The position numbers and the translations under genes are program-made. A stretch of DNA of 64,000 bases, taken from NCBI GenBank assembly GCA_963662265.2, contig CAXXHA010000010.1:128001-192000 (forward strand), read 5' to 3'. Under the pieces are notes generated by a model. It was not told the origin of the DNA. It made no database searches and saw only the letters and a list, made by a program, of their open reading frames with translations. Shown here piece by piece: positions 34,743-44,677 of the stretch. Origin of the DNA: Spirochaetia bacterium. GTDB lineage: Bacteria; Spirochaetota; Spirochaetia; CADAEX01. Position 1 is the stretch's first letter; every line of letters starts with the position of its first letter.

Positions 34743-35543
34743 CTATAACGGGCTCTTCACCCTCTTTGATACAGGGTCTGCAAGGTTTATATAGATCATT
34801 GTTGTCTTGACCGATTTATGCCCCAGAAGATCCTTAACTGTCTTGATATCAATCCCGGCCTCTATCAGGTGCGTGGCGAAACAATGCCTGAGAGTATGGC
34901 AGGTTGCACTTTTCTGAATCAAACTCTTATTGAGAGCATTCTCGAATATTTTCTGGACCGTCCTTACAGAATATTTCTTCCCTGAAATTGTCCTGAAAAC
35001 ATAATCAGAAGCATTTCTCCCTGCAGTAAGCTGTCTTAAAGATTCTGAATACTTTTCCGAAAGAAGAGTAATCCTGTCCTTGTTCCCCTTGGAATCCCTT
35101 ATCTTAAGCGATAAGTCATTGAAATTAATATCCCTTATTTTTATTCTGCAGACCTCACTCACACGGAGACCGCTGCCGTAAAGAAGGGAGATAATAAGCT
35201 GATGCTTTTTGTTCTCAATATTTCCTAGAAGCTTAAGGACCTCCTCCCTTGAAAGAATATCGGGAAGCCTTTTCCTTGTTCTTACCCTGTCAAGCTTATA
35301 AGGACAGGGCTTGTCCAGTACAAGAGTATAAAACAGCTTTATCGCTGACCAGGCAAGCCTTCTCTGCTCACTCGAACTCTCTTCATTTTCAAGAAAAAGA
35401 GCAATCCTCCTTTCAGGATCAAAATCAGTTTTCCGGGAATATTCAAGAAAATGCTTCAGATGACCCGTATAAATCCTTACAGTATTTTTCGAATAATTCC
35501 GGTTCTTAAGCTCCCTTGTAAAATCTTCAAGATAATTTTTCAT
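34743..35543 (-). CDS. Tyrosine recombinase, IntI-like but lacking the IntI-specific insertion (putative integron integrase)
   Basis: RNYSKNT N-terminal SAM-like domain, RLPDILS, LLYGSGLRVSE, SKGNKDR, HTLRHCFATHL, LLGH, TTMIY, C-terminal KSPL. All catalytic residues R-K-H-R-H-Y present. ATG 35543 has a G-rich RBS. Confidence 0.9.
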   Translation of the reverse strand: MKNYLEDFTRELKNRNYSKNTVRIYTGHLKHFLEYSRKTDFDPERRIALFLENEESSSEQRRLAWSAIKLFYTLVLDKPCPYKLDRVRTRKRLPDILSREEVLKLLGNIENKKHQLIISLLYGSGLRVSEVCRIKIRDINFNDLSLKIRDSKGNKDRITLLSEKYSESLRQLTAGRNASDYVFRTISGKKYSVRTVQKIFENALNKSLIQKSATCHTLRHCFATHLIEAGIDIKTVKDLLGHKSVKTTMIYINLADPVSKRVKSPL

Positions 35544-35590
35544 GAAAAACGACCCCCTAGTATGTATAACAAGGGAAAAAGTAATTCTGC

Positions 35591-35619
35591 TTGAATTATA
35601 CACCCGCAGACTTTAAAAT
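35591..35619 (+). promoter_or_regulatory. Pc-like sigma70 promoter facing the cassette array
   Basis: TTGAAT-17 bp-TAAAAT, 25 bp upstream of the attI core. Confidence 0.55.
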
Positions 35620-35650
35620 TATCATGCAATACAGACAATTATAGTTATCG
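35619..35650 (+). other. attI-like site (repeat copy 2 plus core G/TTATCG, crossover between 35644 and 35645)
   Basis: First GTT of the array with no upstream attC arm. GTTATCG..TGACAGGC is complementary to the end of cassette 1 (GCCTGTCA..CGATAAC). Confidence 0.75.
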
Positions 35651-35866
35651 TAAATGACAGGCCTTTGGAAATTTAGAAAGTCATTGATTCTTGACTTCTT
35701 TCTTCATGGCAAGGAACACAGCTGTATAAATTCAATTGTGAATTATGATGCTAATTATTGAAATATTAAGAATAGTTAAAATGCCGAGAATTAAATTTGA
35801 AGAAGCCATGAAGAAATTCTGACTTACATTGATTTGTAGATCTTGAAGCCTGTCACTCCCGATAAC
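35645..35866 (+). other. ORF-less cassette 1 body
   Basis: About 220 bp with no ORF of 60 aa or more; ends form a long imperfect inverted repeat including TTTCTTCATGGC/GCCATGAAGAAA. Confidence 0.7.
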
Positions 35867-36029
35867 AGAGAATACCCGGTTCAGGCATAAGTAGTAAAAA
35901 GTATAGGGCTTAACTGCCGTTCACCCAAAATGTCGGAGCTTTTCTTGTTGCGTGTAAAATCTGGTAGGTATATGATTATTTTAATACGTGGAGAATCCGA
36001 CATCTTCGGATATTCTCAGAACGTTAAGT
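35860..36029 (+). repeat. attC-like site 1 (long type, 170 bp)
   Basis: CGATAAC-A-GAGAATACCCG...CGGATATTCTC-AGAAC-GTTAAGT; closely similar to 37032-37202 and 45660-45827. Confidence 0.9.
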
Positions 36030-36098
36030 GCAATTCTTTGCTTAATATATTTTTTCCTCGCCATCCATGGCTCGGATTTAGAAAAGGAGTATTTCAAA

Positions 36099-36965
36099 AT
36101 GAAAAAAATTATTATTTATTGTTTAGCACTGTTTTTATTATTTTCATGTGCTAATAATGAATTTAATGTAGAACTTGGTATTGATGCAAACTTCATTGAG
36201 AATGATTTAAAAATTACAGGATCAACAAATCTTCCGGATGGTGCAATGATTTCATTAAATCTTAAACCACTATATGAAGAAGAAGTTTCTATTAAAGATG
36301 GAAAAATTGAACATACATTCTCTTTTAATGGAGATGCTATACCTGATGGAGATTATACACTAGAAGCAATATTTATTCCTACTCAAAACGAATCACCAAA
36401 ATTAAAAAATATGATTCTAATTGAAAATGAAAATGTATATGAAAAAGATGGAATAAAATATTATTATATCGGAAATAATTTTAATATAAACAAAGTAGTT
36501 AAAAATAAAGAGCTAAAAAATTTAATAAACAGAAAAGTTCCATATGAAAAATGGAATGATTGGGGAAATCCTGAAACTCTTGAACAAACTAACAATATTT
36601 TTTGGGCAGCATATCTCGAGAAAGCTGATATTTCTTTTATATCAAAAAAAGAGAATGATAAAATCATTTTTGCATGTAGAGGAAAAGAAAAACTAGAAAA
36701 ATATTTTACTGATCGTCAAAATAATATTGAAATTGGATTTTCTCTTTGGGATGGTTCGCATAAAAAACTTACAGAATTAATCAAACAAAGTATGAATGAC
36801 GCAAAAAGTTATGAACATGTTAAAACTGTTTACTGGGATAAAGGAGATCATTTAATAGTTAAAACAGATTTTAGGGGTGCAAATGTTTTTGGAGGTATCG
36901 TCTTAGATTCTGTTACTGCTAAGACATCTATTGATGGTGAGATCTTAGAAATAATTTCAGATTAA
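36099..36965 (+). CDS. Hypothetical lipoprotein (cassette 2)
   Basis: AAGGAG RBS; MKKIIIYCLALFLLFSC lipobox; C-terminal FRGANVFGG motif. Confidence 0.75.
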   Translation: MKKIIIYCLALFLLFSCANNEFNVELGIDANFIENDLKITGSTNLPDGAMISLNLKPLYEEEVSIKDGKIEHTFSFNGDAIPDGDYTLEAIFIPTQNESPKLKNMILIENENVYEKDGIKYYYIGNNFNINKVVKNKELKNLINRKVPYEKWNDWGNPETLEQTNNIFWAAYLEKADISFISKKENDKIIFACRGKEKLEKYFTDRQNNIEIGFSLWDGSHKKLTELIKQSMNDAKSYEHVKTVYWDKGDHLIVKTDFRGANVFGGIVLDSVTAKTSIDGEILEIISD

Positions 36966-37031
36966 TTTTTTACTGCCAGAAAGTACATCCCTGTACTTTC
37001 TGGAATTTATTAAAATTCAGCAAAGAACAGC

Positions 37032-37202
37032 ACTTAACAGAGAATACCACGGTTCAGGCTTAAGCAGTAGAAGCATGTAGCAAAACAGCCGTTCACCCAA
37101 AATGTCGGGACTTTTTATTGTTGCAGGTGGAATCTGTTGGGTATAAGATTAATTAAATATCTGGAGCATCCGACATCTTCGGGTATTCTCAGAACGTTAT
37201 GT
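37032..37202 (+). repeat. attC-like site 2 (long type, 171 bp)
   Basis: ACTTAAC-A-GAGAATACC...GGTATTCTC-AGAAC-GTTATGT. Confidence 0.9.
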
Positions 37203-37431
37203 ACAATGAGCCCGACAAGAGGAAGACGCCCGGACCTCCGGCCGACGGGCGAAGAGATAATATATATATGTTATATCGAAAGAAGGAGTAAAAATGAGAT
37301 TGAAGGCATTAATATTAGAGAACTTCCGAGGCTATTCTGGAGTAAATTTAATTAATTTTGAAAAAGACTGGAAATGGCAAGTCATTTTCCCCACATTTAG
37401 GAAATTAAAAATCCCCCACCTGCAGAAAAAA

Positions 37432-38172
37432 TTATACCCCCTTTTTCTCCTGAATTCTATATGAATCTCCCTCAAGGGAGAAAACATGCGCATGATGTAA
37501 AAGCCTATCAAGCATTGCTGTTGTCATGATTTCATCACCCATCATTTCAGACCACTGATCAAAACCTTTATTTGAAGTAATTATTACTGACGATCTTTCA
37601 TAGAGTTCGCTGATAAGATTAAAAAAAAGATTGGCCTCTTTTCTGTCGATAGGCGTATAGCCTATTTCATCAATAATTAGTAACGAAGATCTGAGAATCC
37701 TGTTTATTCTGAATGAACTTGATCTCATAGTTTCCATTGTTTTCAACAGTTTTATTAGTGAAGTTATCCTTTCAAAACAGACAGTGTATCCGGCTTCAAT
37801 TGCCTTGTACCCGAGAGCAATTGATAGATGTGTTTTCCCAAGGCCGGGAGGTCCAAAGAACATGATATTTTCAGATTTATCTATCCACCTGAAATCCTTG
37901 AGATTATTTAACTGTTCTTCAGTTATCCCTTTTATTCTTGAAAAATTGAATGTCTCAAGTTCCTTAATTACAGGAAAATGGGCACCTGTAAGATTTCTAT
38001 GAAGACGTCTTTCATTTCTGAAATGTACTTCTTCTGTAAGAAGGATGCTTAAAAAATCAAGATGAGATATTTTCTCCTTTGTTGCTTTTTCAAGTGCCTC
38101 ATCAAGATTAACAGATATTCCTTTAAGCTTTAGACTATCAAGTATTCCTGTACAGTAATCAAAACAGCTCAT
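37432..38172 (-). CDS. istB: IS21 helper ATPase
   Basis: GPPGLGKTHL, LLIIDEIGY, ITSN, AMLDRLLHH. Confidence 0.95.
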   Translation of the reverse strand: MSCFDYCTGILDSLKLKGISVNLDEALEKATKEKISHLDFLSILLTEEVHFRNERRLHRNLTGAHFPVIKELETFNFSRIKGITEEQLNNLKDFRWIDKSENIMFFGPPGLGKTHLSIALGYKAIEAGYTVCFERITSLIKLLKTMETMRSSSFRINRILRSSLLIIDEIGYTPIDRKEANLFFNLISELYERSSVIITSNKGFDQWSEMMGDEIMTTAMLDRLLHHAHVFSLEGDSYRIQEKKGV

Positions 38173-39731
38173 AAAGCACCTCCTAAAAGACTTACAAGTG
38201 AGGTGTAGTAACTTAAATCCCTTTTCTTTACTTCTATGTTTTTATTCTCATGTTTTACAGCTTTTATTCCTGTAAGAAGCTGTGGCAGAATATCCGGATA
38301 ATTTTCAGTTTCACAGCTTCTTACATAAAGATAAGACTCTTCAAAATTCCTTGCAGATAGTGTTCCGTTTTCAATGCATAAATCTGCAGTTTTTGCTATT
38401 AACTTATCATCAGGATTTGAGTTTATGAAAGCATAAAGCTCGCGCTGCTGATCTCTGTAATACCTGCTGTATTTTTTGTAATTCTGATCAACATATTGTT
38501 TCCATGAGTTACTGCTAAATCTGTTCTTTAATTTTTTGATAACTTCATCGGGCTTGGAATCATAATTCCTGAAATGATTATGTTTGGTTATTTTTTTCCC
38601 CTTTATCGGTGAGATTTTGTGCCTGGCAATCTCTTCTCCATCTATTTTGTCATAGATAAAAAGGTCTGTATCTGTTTGGTAAATCCAGACAGTTTTTTTT
38701 CTGAACCTGTTAGGGACAGAGTAAAATGAAGATGAAACACTTATCAATGATTTACTATTTACTTCCCTTGATTCTTTATTTATGATGCTTTCCCTTCTGA
38801 AAATAGACGGCTTTAATTTTTTAAAATGTGGAATCTCTTTAAGCAAAGCTTCTTGAGGAATTATTCCAGTTGCCTGGCATATTTTACCGTTAGCTCTTCT
38901 TGAAAGCCAATTATTTAATGCCTCCTGTATTTGATCAAAGGATGTGAAATGTCTTGCTGAAAAGAAACTGCTTTTGATGAATTTCACAAAGTTTTCGACT
39001 TTACCTTTGCTCTCAGGGTCTGCTTTTCTGCAGACATACATCTTAAACCCCTGCTCATCCTTGAAGGCTTTAAATTCTTTTGTATACTTAATATCTCCGC
39101 TGTTTTCTTTAACAACCATGACTTTGTCCTGATCAATCACGATTTCTTCAGGTACCCCTCCTATTATTTCAAAGGTATCAAGTAAATGATTTATCACATC
39201 TATGGATTTAAACGGCCTCTTCTGTACTGCTGCATACTTGAATCTGCTTACAGATAGAATGACTCCAAAGATATATACTTTCTCACCGGTTTCTATTTCA
39301 GTTTCTCCGAAATCAAGCTGTAGTTGTTTTCCATGTGGAAGTTCTTCAACCGGTGTATAGATTCTCTTGTATTCGTAATTATCTACTTCTCCTGTTTTCT
39401 TTAAGAAAATGAGATAATTTCTCAAAGTCCTTTCAGTGCCGGGAAGTTCTCCATATTTTTCTTCAAGAACATCATAGATTGATGAAGTGTATATTTTATT
39501 GTTATTTAAATTAAAAATATTCAGTATTTCATCTTTGAAAGGAGCAAAAATCTTTTCCTTTTCTACACTGTTTATCTGGTATTCAAGATACTCTGCTTCC
39601 GACATTTCAAAGTATTTTCTAACTGTTTTTCTGTCGATTTTTAATTCTCTGGATATTTTCCTTTTTGAATATCCTCTATTCTTGAAAACTCTTATTTTTT
39701 GGTACATATTCATAGTAATCATTTGAGTCAT
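38169..39731 (-). CDS. istA: IS21 transposase
   Basis: N-terminal HTH, QLDFG, GGVPEEIVIDQ, PESKGKVEN. Confidence 0.95.
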   Translation of the reverse strand: MTQMITMNMYQKIRVFKNRGYSKRKISRELKIDRKTVRKYFEMSEAEYLEYQINSVEKEKIFAPFKDEILNIFNLNNNKIYTSSIYDVLEEKYGELPGTERTLRNYLIFLKKTGEVDNYEYKRIYTPVEELPHGKQLQLDFGETEIETGEKVYIFGVILSVSRFKYAAVQKRPFKSIDVINHLLDTFEIIGGVPEEIVIDQDKVMVVKENSGDIKYTKEFKAFKDEQGFKMYVCRKADPESKGKVENFVKFIKSSFFSARHFTSFDQIQEALNNWLSRRANGKICQATGIIPQEALLKEIPHFKKLKPSIFRRESIINKESREVNSKSLISVSSSFYSVPNRFRKKTVWIYQTDTDLFIYDKIDGEEIARHKISPIKGKKITKHNHFRNYDSKPDEVIKKLKNRFSSNSWKQYVDQNYKKYSRYYRDQQRELYAFINSNPDDKLIAKTADLCIENGTLSARNFEESYLYVRSCETENYPDILPQLLTGIKAVKHENKNIEVKKRDLSYYTSLVSLLGGAL

Positions 39732-41717
39732 TCCTGGTAGTTTTTGTCGTGATTACATACTAAGGTTTGACTCTTTTTTTTCCTATAGGGTGGGGAATTT
39801 TATTTTCCATCCTATGGGGATTTCATGTTACCATTTCCAAAGACCTAACATCTTTTATAGGAAAGAATGATAGTGGTAAGTCATCAATTCTTGAAGCTCT
39901 TGAGATATTTTTTAATAGTAAAGTTATTAAAATTGATGGTGATGATAAATTTGTACGTTCATTAGAAAATATTGTGAATATTGGTTGTGTTTTTACGGAT
40001 CTTCCAGAAAAAGTCATTATTGATGAAACTAATGAGACATCATTTATAGATGAATATCTTACAAATGAAAATGAGGATTTGGTTGTTTTAAAGAGATTTA
40101 AAATACAGAAAACTGCAAGTAAACCGGAAACATTTATAATAGCAAATCATCCTAGTAAAACTGGTTATGACGACTTACATAGTTTAAAAATCGGCGAATT
40201 AAAGAAGAGAGGAAAAGAATTAGGTATTAAAGATACCGTAGAAGATCAGAGAATTAGTGCTCATTGGAGAAAAGCGATTTGGTCTTCAACTGATAATTTG
40301 GAAATACAAAAATCTGAAATTGAAATTACACAATTAAGCACAGAATCAAAAAAATTATATACAAGAATAAGTGAAGCAATGCCAACATTTGCTCTTTTCC
40401 GATCAGATAGAGAAAGTAGTGACTCTGATCCCGAAGCGAAAGACCCTATGCAATTAGCAGTAAATGAAGCAAAAAAAACTTATGAAGCTCAAATTAATGA
40501 ATTACAAGAGAAAATAGAAAAAAGTGTTTTCGAGGTTGCAGAAAGAACGCTAGAAAAAATGAATGAAATGGATCCTTCTTTAGCTAATGAATTGAACCCA
40601 AGATTAAAAGAAACACCAAAATGGAGTTTTAGTTTTACAATTGATGGTGATGAAAATATTCCAATTAATAAGAGAGGTAGTGGGGTCAGGAGACTTGTTC
40701 TTTTAAATTTCTTTAGAGCAGAAGCTGAAAGAAAGAAAATTCAAAATCATTCTCCTGATGTAATATATGCAATTGAAGAACCTGAAACATCTCAGCATCC
40801 GAATTATCAGCAATTATTGATTGATTCATTGATAGCATTATCACAAAATGATAATTGTCAGGTTTTATTAACAACACATGTTCCAGCATTGGCAGAAAGA
40901 TTAGAAATTAACTCTATTAGATTTATTGAGAAAATCGGATTAGGTGAAATTAAAGTTCATATGCATAATGATTATGTTTTAGAATTAGCTACAGAAAGTT
41001 TAGGGATAATGCCTGAAAAAGAAATATCTTTAGCCAATAAAGTTATATTAGTTGAAGGTCATAGTGATATAACATTTTTGAATAAAATTAGTGAAGAATA
41101 TAAGAATGCGGGAGAAATAACGTCAACATTAAGTGATTCAAAAATATATCCAATACCTATTGGTGGATGCGGGAATCTTAAACATTGGATAACCAAACGC
41201 ATAATAGATAAAATGGGAATAGAATATTTTATTTTAATGGATTCAGATTTAGGAGATCCAGTAAATAATTCTAGAAACATTACTAAAATAAATGAAATTA
41301 ATACAAATGGTCAAATCGGATATTTAACAAATAAACGAGAACCTGAGAACTATATTGATCCAGATTTATTGAAAACAAAGTATGATAAAGATATTAGATA
41401 CACTAACACTTGTGATGCGAAAAAAATAATTGGAAAAGAATTAACAATTAGACCAAATGATGTTCTTGAGTTTATATGGCCACATATGGAATATCAGCAT
41501 ATGAAAAAAATGGCGAAATATGGTGATAAAGATGAATTCAAAGAGTGGATGGATGCGTTCTTAGAATAATGATAATATGAATATTCTAGCTAAGAAGATT
41601 ATAATGGTGAAGAATCCAAACCTCTGAAATAAAGACAAATAGAGAATGTAATTACTTTTTACAAATAGTATTGCTGACGATATTTTTAAGAATAGCTTAA
41701 ATATCTGGTAGAATACG

Positions 41718-41746
41718 TTCAATAACAATTAAATAAATGGTATAAT
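41718..41746 (+). promoter_or_regulatory. Internal sigma70 promoter for the methyltransferase (probably leaderless mRNA)
   Basis: TTCAAT-17-TATAAT with extended TGn; ATGs 3 and 6 nt downstream of the -10. Confidence 0.5.
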
Positions 41747-41749
41747 TTT

Positions 41750-43546
41750 ATGATGGAAACGAGTCTTTCAGTTCTTATTGAAGATTTATCAGTCTCAGCA
41801 AAGAAATATGAAAATGAATATAACGATGATGAGATGCTTACATTTGCTATTTCATTTTGTCAGAGATTAATATCAACATATTGGCAGATTAATATCTCTG
41901 ATACAAAATATTCAATTACTCCGTATAATTCTGAGCTATATGGATATCTGAAAGGGCAACCAATAATTATTGCTGATCAAATCGCACAGTTATTATCTGC
42001 AATGCCAAATAAGGATGCTGGTTTCTTTATTGGAAATATTTATACATCATTACTTCCGAAGAATGTCAGGTCAAAAAACGGCGCTTATTACACACCTCCA
42101 ATACTCGTACAAAGATTATTAACATCTATTGATAACTATAGATTTGATTGGATTAATAGTAAAATATTGGATCCTTCATGTGGTGGAGCTGCATTTCTTA
42201 CAAGTATATCCAGATTTATTATTGAAAAATATAAACATGAATTATCAGCAGATGATTTATTTTCCTTTATTGAAAAAAACATACAAGGGTATGAAATTGA
42301 TCCTTTTGCAGCATGGATCTCACAAACATTGTTGGAATTTGAATTATATGATCTATATCTCAAAGTAAATAAAAGAATAAAAAAAATCATTTCTGTAACT
42401 AATTCCCTTGAGGAAAATTACGACAAGAATTTTGACCTTATCATAGGAAATCCCCCTTATGGAAAAGTAACAATTGAAAAAAACTTAAGAGAGAAATTCA
42501 GTAATAGCGTATATGGACATGCCAATCTTTATGGATTATTTACAGATTTAGCATTAAATCTTTTAAATGAAAATGGATATATAGCCTATGTTACTCCAAC
42601 TTCGTTTTTGGGTGGAAATTATTTTAAGAATTTAAGAAAACTTTTAGGAGAAAATTCTCCTTTAGTTTCTATTGATTTCATAAAAGATAGAAGTGGCGTT
42701 TTTAGTGATGTTCTTCAAGAAACAGCACTAGCAATATATAAAAAATCAAAATTTGTAAAAAAAGTTGAAATATCTGAATTATCAACTACAAAAAATCTTG
42801 ATTCCTTATCAATTATAAAAATTGGAAGTTTGCTAGTTAATCAAAATACAGAAAAACCCTGGCTTATTCCAAGAGAAAAAGATCAATTATCGTTATATAA
42901 GAATATTTCTTCCTTCGAGTATACTTTACGGGACTATGGATTTAAGGTCCGTACTGGACAACTTGTATGGAACAGACACAAGGAACAATTATCAAGTTCA
43001 AAAAGAAACTCTTATCCTTTAATATGGGCCGAATCCATATTAAGAAATGGAAATTTTGAATTTAAATATACAAAGAAGAATCATTTCCCATACTTTAAAT
43101 TGGAAAGAAAACAAAATTATTTACTCACAAATAAAGAATGTATTATATTACAGCGAACAACATCTAAAGAACAAAGTAGAAGATTAATATCTTCAATACT
43201 TCCAAATGAATTTATTAGTCAATATGGTGGTGTAGTTATTGAAAACCATATTAATATTATAGAACAGAATGAAGAAACAGTTTTAGATTTAGTTACACTT
43301 AATATCTTGTTAAATTCAATAGCAATAGATAGAATTTTTCGTTGTATTAATGGCAGTGTAGCCGTTTCTGCTTATGAGTTAAATTCAATACCATTTCCAT
43401 CCCCAGAAAAGATTTTGAATCTAAAAAAATTCTTAATTAAAAATGATAAACGAAGCTCAATAGAAGAATATATTCTAGATATTTATGGAGGCAATATTGA
43501 TGAGTCAACTTCCTACAGTTCAATCGATACAAGACAAACTGGATAA
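41750..43546 (+). CDS. N6-adenine DNA methyltransferase (BsuBI/PstI/Eco57I-like, gamma class)
   Basis: GAYYTP, LDPSCGGAAFL, IIGNPPY, TRD with LQRTTSKEQSRRL. Confidence 0.92.
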   Translation: MMETSLSVLIEDLSVSAKKYENEYNDDEMLTFAISFCQRLISTYWQINISDTKYSITPYNSELYGYLKGQPIIIADQIAQLLSAMPNKDAGFFIGNIYTSLLPKNVRSKNGAYYTPPILVQRLLTSIDNYRFDWINSKILDPSCGGAAFLTSISRFIIEKYKHELSADDLFSFIEKNIQGYEIDPFAAWISQTLLEFELYDLYLKVNKRIKKIISVTNSLEENYDKNFDLIIGNPPYGKVTIEKNLREKFSNSVYGHANLYGLFTDLALNLLNENGYIAYVTPTSFLGGNYFKNLRKLLGENSPLVSIDFIKDRSGVFSDVLQETALAIYKKSKFVKKVEISELSTTKNLDSLSIIKIGSLLVNQNTEKPWLIPREKDQLSLYKNISSFEYTLRDYGFKVRTGQLVWNRHKEQLSSSKRNSYPLIWAESILRNGNFEFKYTKKNHFPYFKLERKQNYLLTNKECIILQRTTSKEQSRRLISSILPNEFISQYGGVVIENHINIIEQNEETVLDLVTLNILLNSIAIDRIFRCINGSVAVSAYELNSIPFPSPEKILNLKKFLIKNDKRSSIEEYILDIYGGNIDESTSYSSIDTRQTG

Positions 43547-44582
43547 AATATTTCCTCAGGGTTTAGAAAACAGAGGTTATTTGACTCGAGAAATGGCTGC
43601 CAAGACAATATTTGTTATGATTTATTCAACAGCAGTTGAAGGAACAGATATTTGGATTAGACCTGATCAAATTACAAAAATGACTGATAAGCAAGCAGCC
43701 ATTACCGATATTGATAAAAGAGAAGAATGGTATGAAATGACACTTCGTCCTGGAGCTATGAAGGATATTAAAGATCGATGGTATGCTGCAAATACAAGAG
43801 AACCTATTAGAGATGAAACATTAAGATACGGTCTGATAGTGTATAATGCGGTAATAGAGCGCGCAGGTTTACCTACAACATCTTCAAAACCAAGATATGC
43901 TCTACAACGGGAATTCTATGAATTATTTATGGTTGACGAAAATGCAGATGATTTTATTAAAAATTGGCAAGATAAATATTTATCTGCTGAATCATTAGCT
44001 CGGGTAAAATTATTAGGTCAATCAAAACAATCAAAAACTAATAATGAAAATATTTTGATTGATCTGCCAGATGGTCAGAGAAGAAAAATGCTTCCTGGAC
44101 CAAGTTCATTTCTTACAAAAGCAACTGTAGAATTATTCTGTAAATCTTTTTTAAAAAATCCCGTTGTAATTTTCATTAGTGAATCAGGGAATAAAGTAGT
44201 ACTTAAAGATGATGAATTAGCAAAATCAATTGGATTTAATATTCCAGCGGAAAAAAGTTTACCAGATCTGATAATCGCTGATCTTACTGATGACAATACG
44301 CTAATATATTTTATTGAAATAGTTGCAACAGACGGCCCAATTAACAGAAAAAGAAAAGATGATTTGCTGAAAATTGTAGCTGAATCTTCATTTAAAAGAG
44401 AGAATGTATTTTTTATGACGGTATTTGAAGATAGGAATTCAGCACCCTTTAAGAAAAATATATCTTCGATAGCACCAAATACACTTATTTGGTTTGCCTC
44501 AGAACCTGAATTTATAATGATCTGGAATTCTTTAAAAAATTATAAAATTGCAGATATGTCTAGTTTCATAAATGAAACATAA
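43500..44582 (+). CDS. BsuBI/PstI family type II restriction endonuclease
   Basis: WYAANTREPIRDETLR, LPDLII..FIEIVATDGPI (PD-(D/E)xK type); overlaps the MTase end. Confidence 0.9.
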   Translation: MSQLPTVQSIQDKLDKIFPQGLENRGYLTREMAAKTIFVMIYSTAVEGTDIWIRPDQITKMTDKQAAITDIDKREEWYEMTLRPGAMKDIKDRWYAANTREPIRDETLRYGLIVYNAVIERAGLPTTSSKPRYALQREFYELFMVDENADDFIKNWQDKYLSAESLARVKLLGQSKQSKTNNENILIDLPDGQRRKMLPGPSSFLTKATVELFCKSFLKNPVVIFISESGNKVVLKDDELAKSIGFNIPAEKSLPDLIIADLTDDNTLIYFIEIVATDGPINRKRKDDLLKIVAESSFKRENVFFMTVFEDRNSAPFKKNISSIAPNTLIWFASEPEFIMIWNSLKNYKIADMSSFINET

Positions 44583-44677
44583 AAAATAGTTTCAGTAGTC
44601 TTGGCTATTTTTTTTAAAGTATAAATGAAGAATCCAGACCTAACTCCGTTGAACGGTCTGGATGTCGGGCTCAAAGC

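Larger units (their letters stand above)
37369..39839 (-). mobile_element. IS21 family insertion sequence
   Basis: TG...CA ends, IRs TGGAAATGGCAAGTCATTTTCCCCA / TGGGGATTTCATGTTACCATTTCCA, 5-bp TSD AAGAC at 37364-37368 and 39840-39844. Confidence 0.95.
37294..41569 (+). pseudogene. OLD-family ATP-dependent nuclease (ABC ATPase + TOPRIM), interrupted by IS21 after codon 25
   Basis: 37294-37368 encodes MRLKALILENFRGYSGVNLINFEKD and joins in frame to 39845 LTSFIGKNDSGKS. Also GSGVRR, IEEPETSQHP, LTTH, TOPRIM LVEGHSD...DSD. Reconstituted length 599 aa. Confidence 0.88.

Noticed and set aside
34743-35650. Housekeeping XerC/XerD with a dif site, or a prophage integrase
   Set aside because: Termini are IntI-like, the adjacent sequence does not match dif convincingly, and there are no phage genes or tRNA target.
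35930-36154. Similar short ORFs at 35930, 37137 and 45743, and the 35988 extension of the lipoprotein
   Set aside because: They are translations of the repeated long attC; starts and frames are inconsistent between copies.
39767-39844. Hydrophobic N-terminus of the 600-aa ORF suggesting a membrane anchor
   Set aside because: It is encoded by the IS21 terminal repeat; the true start is at 37294.
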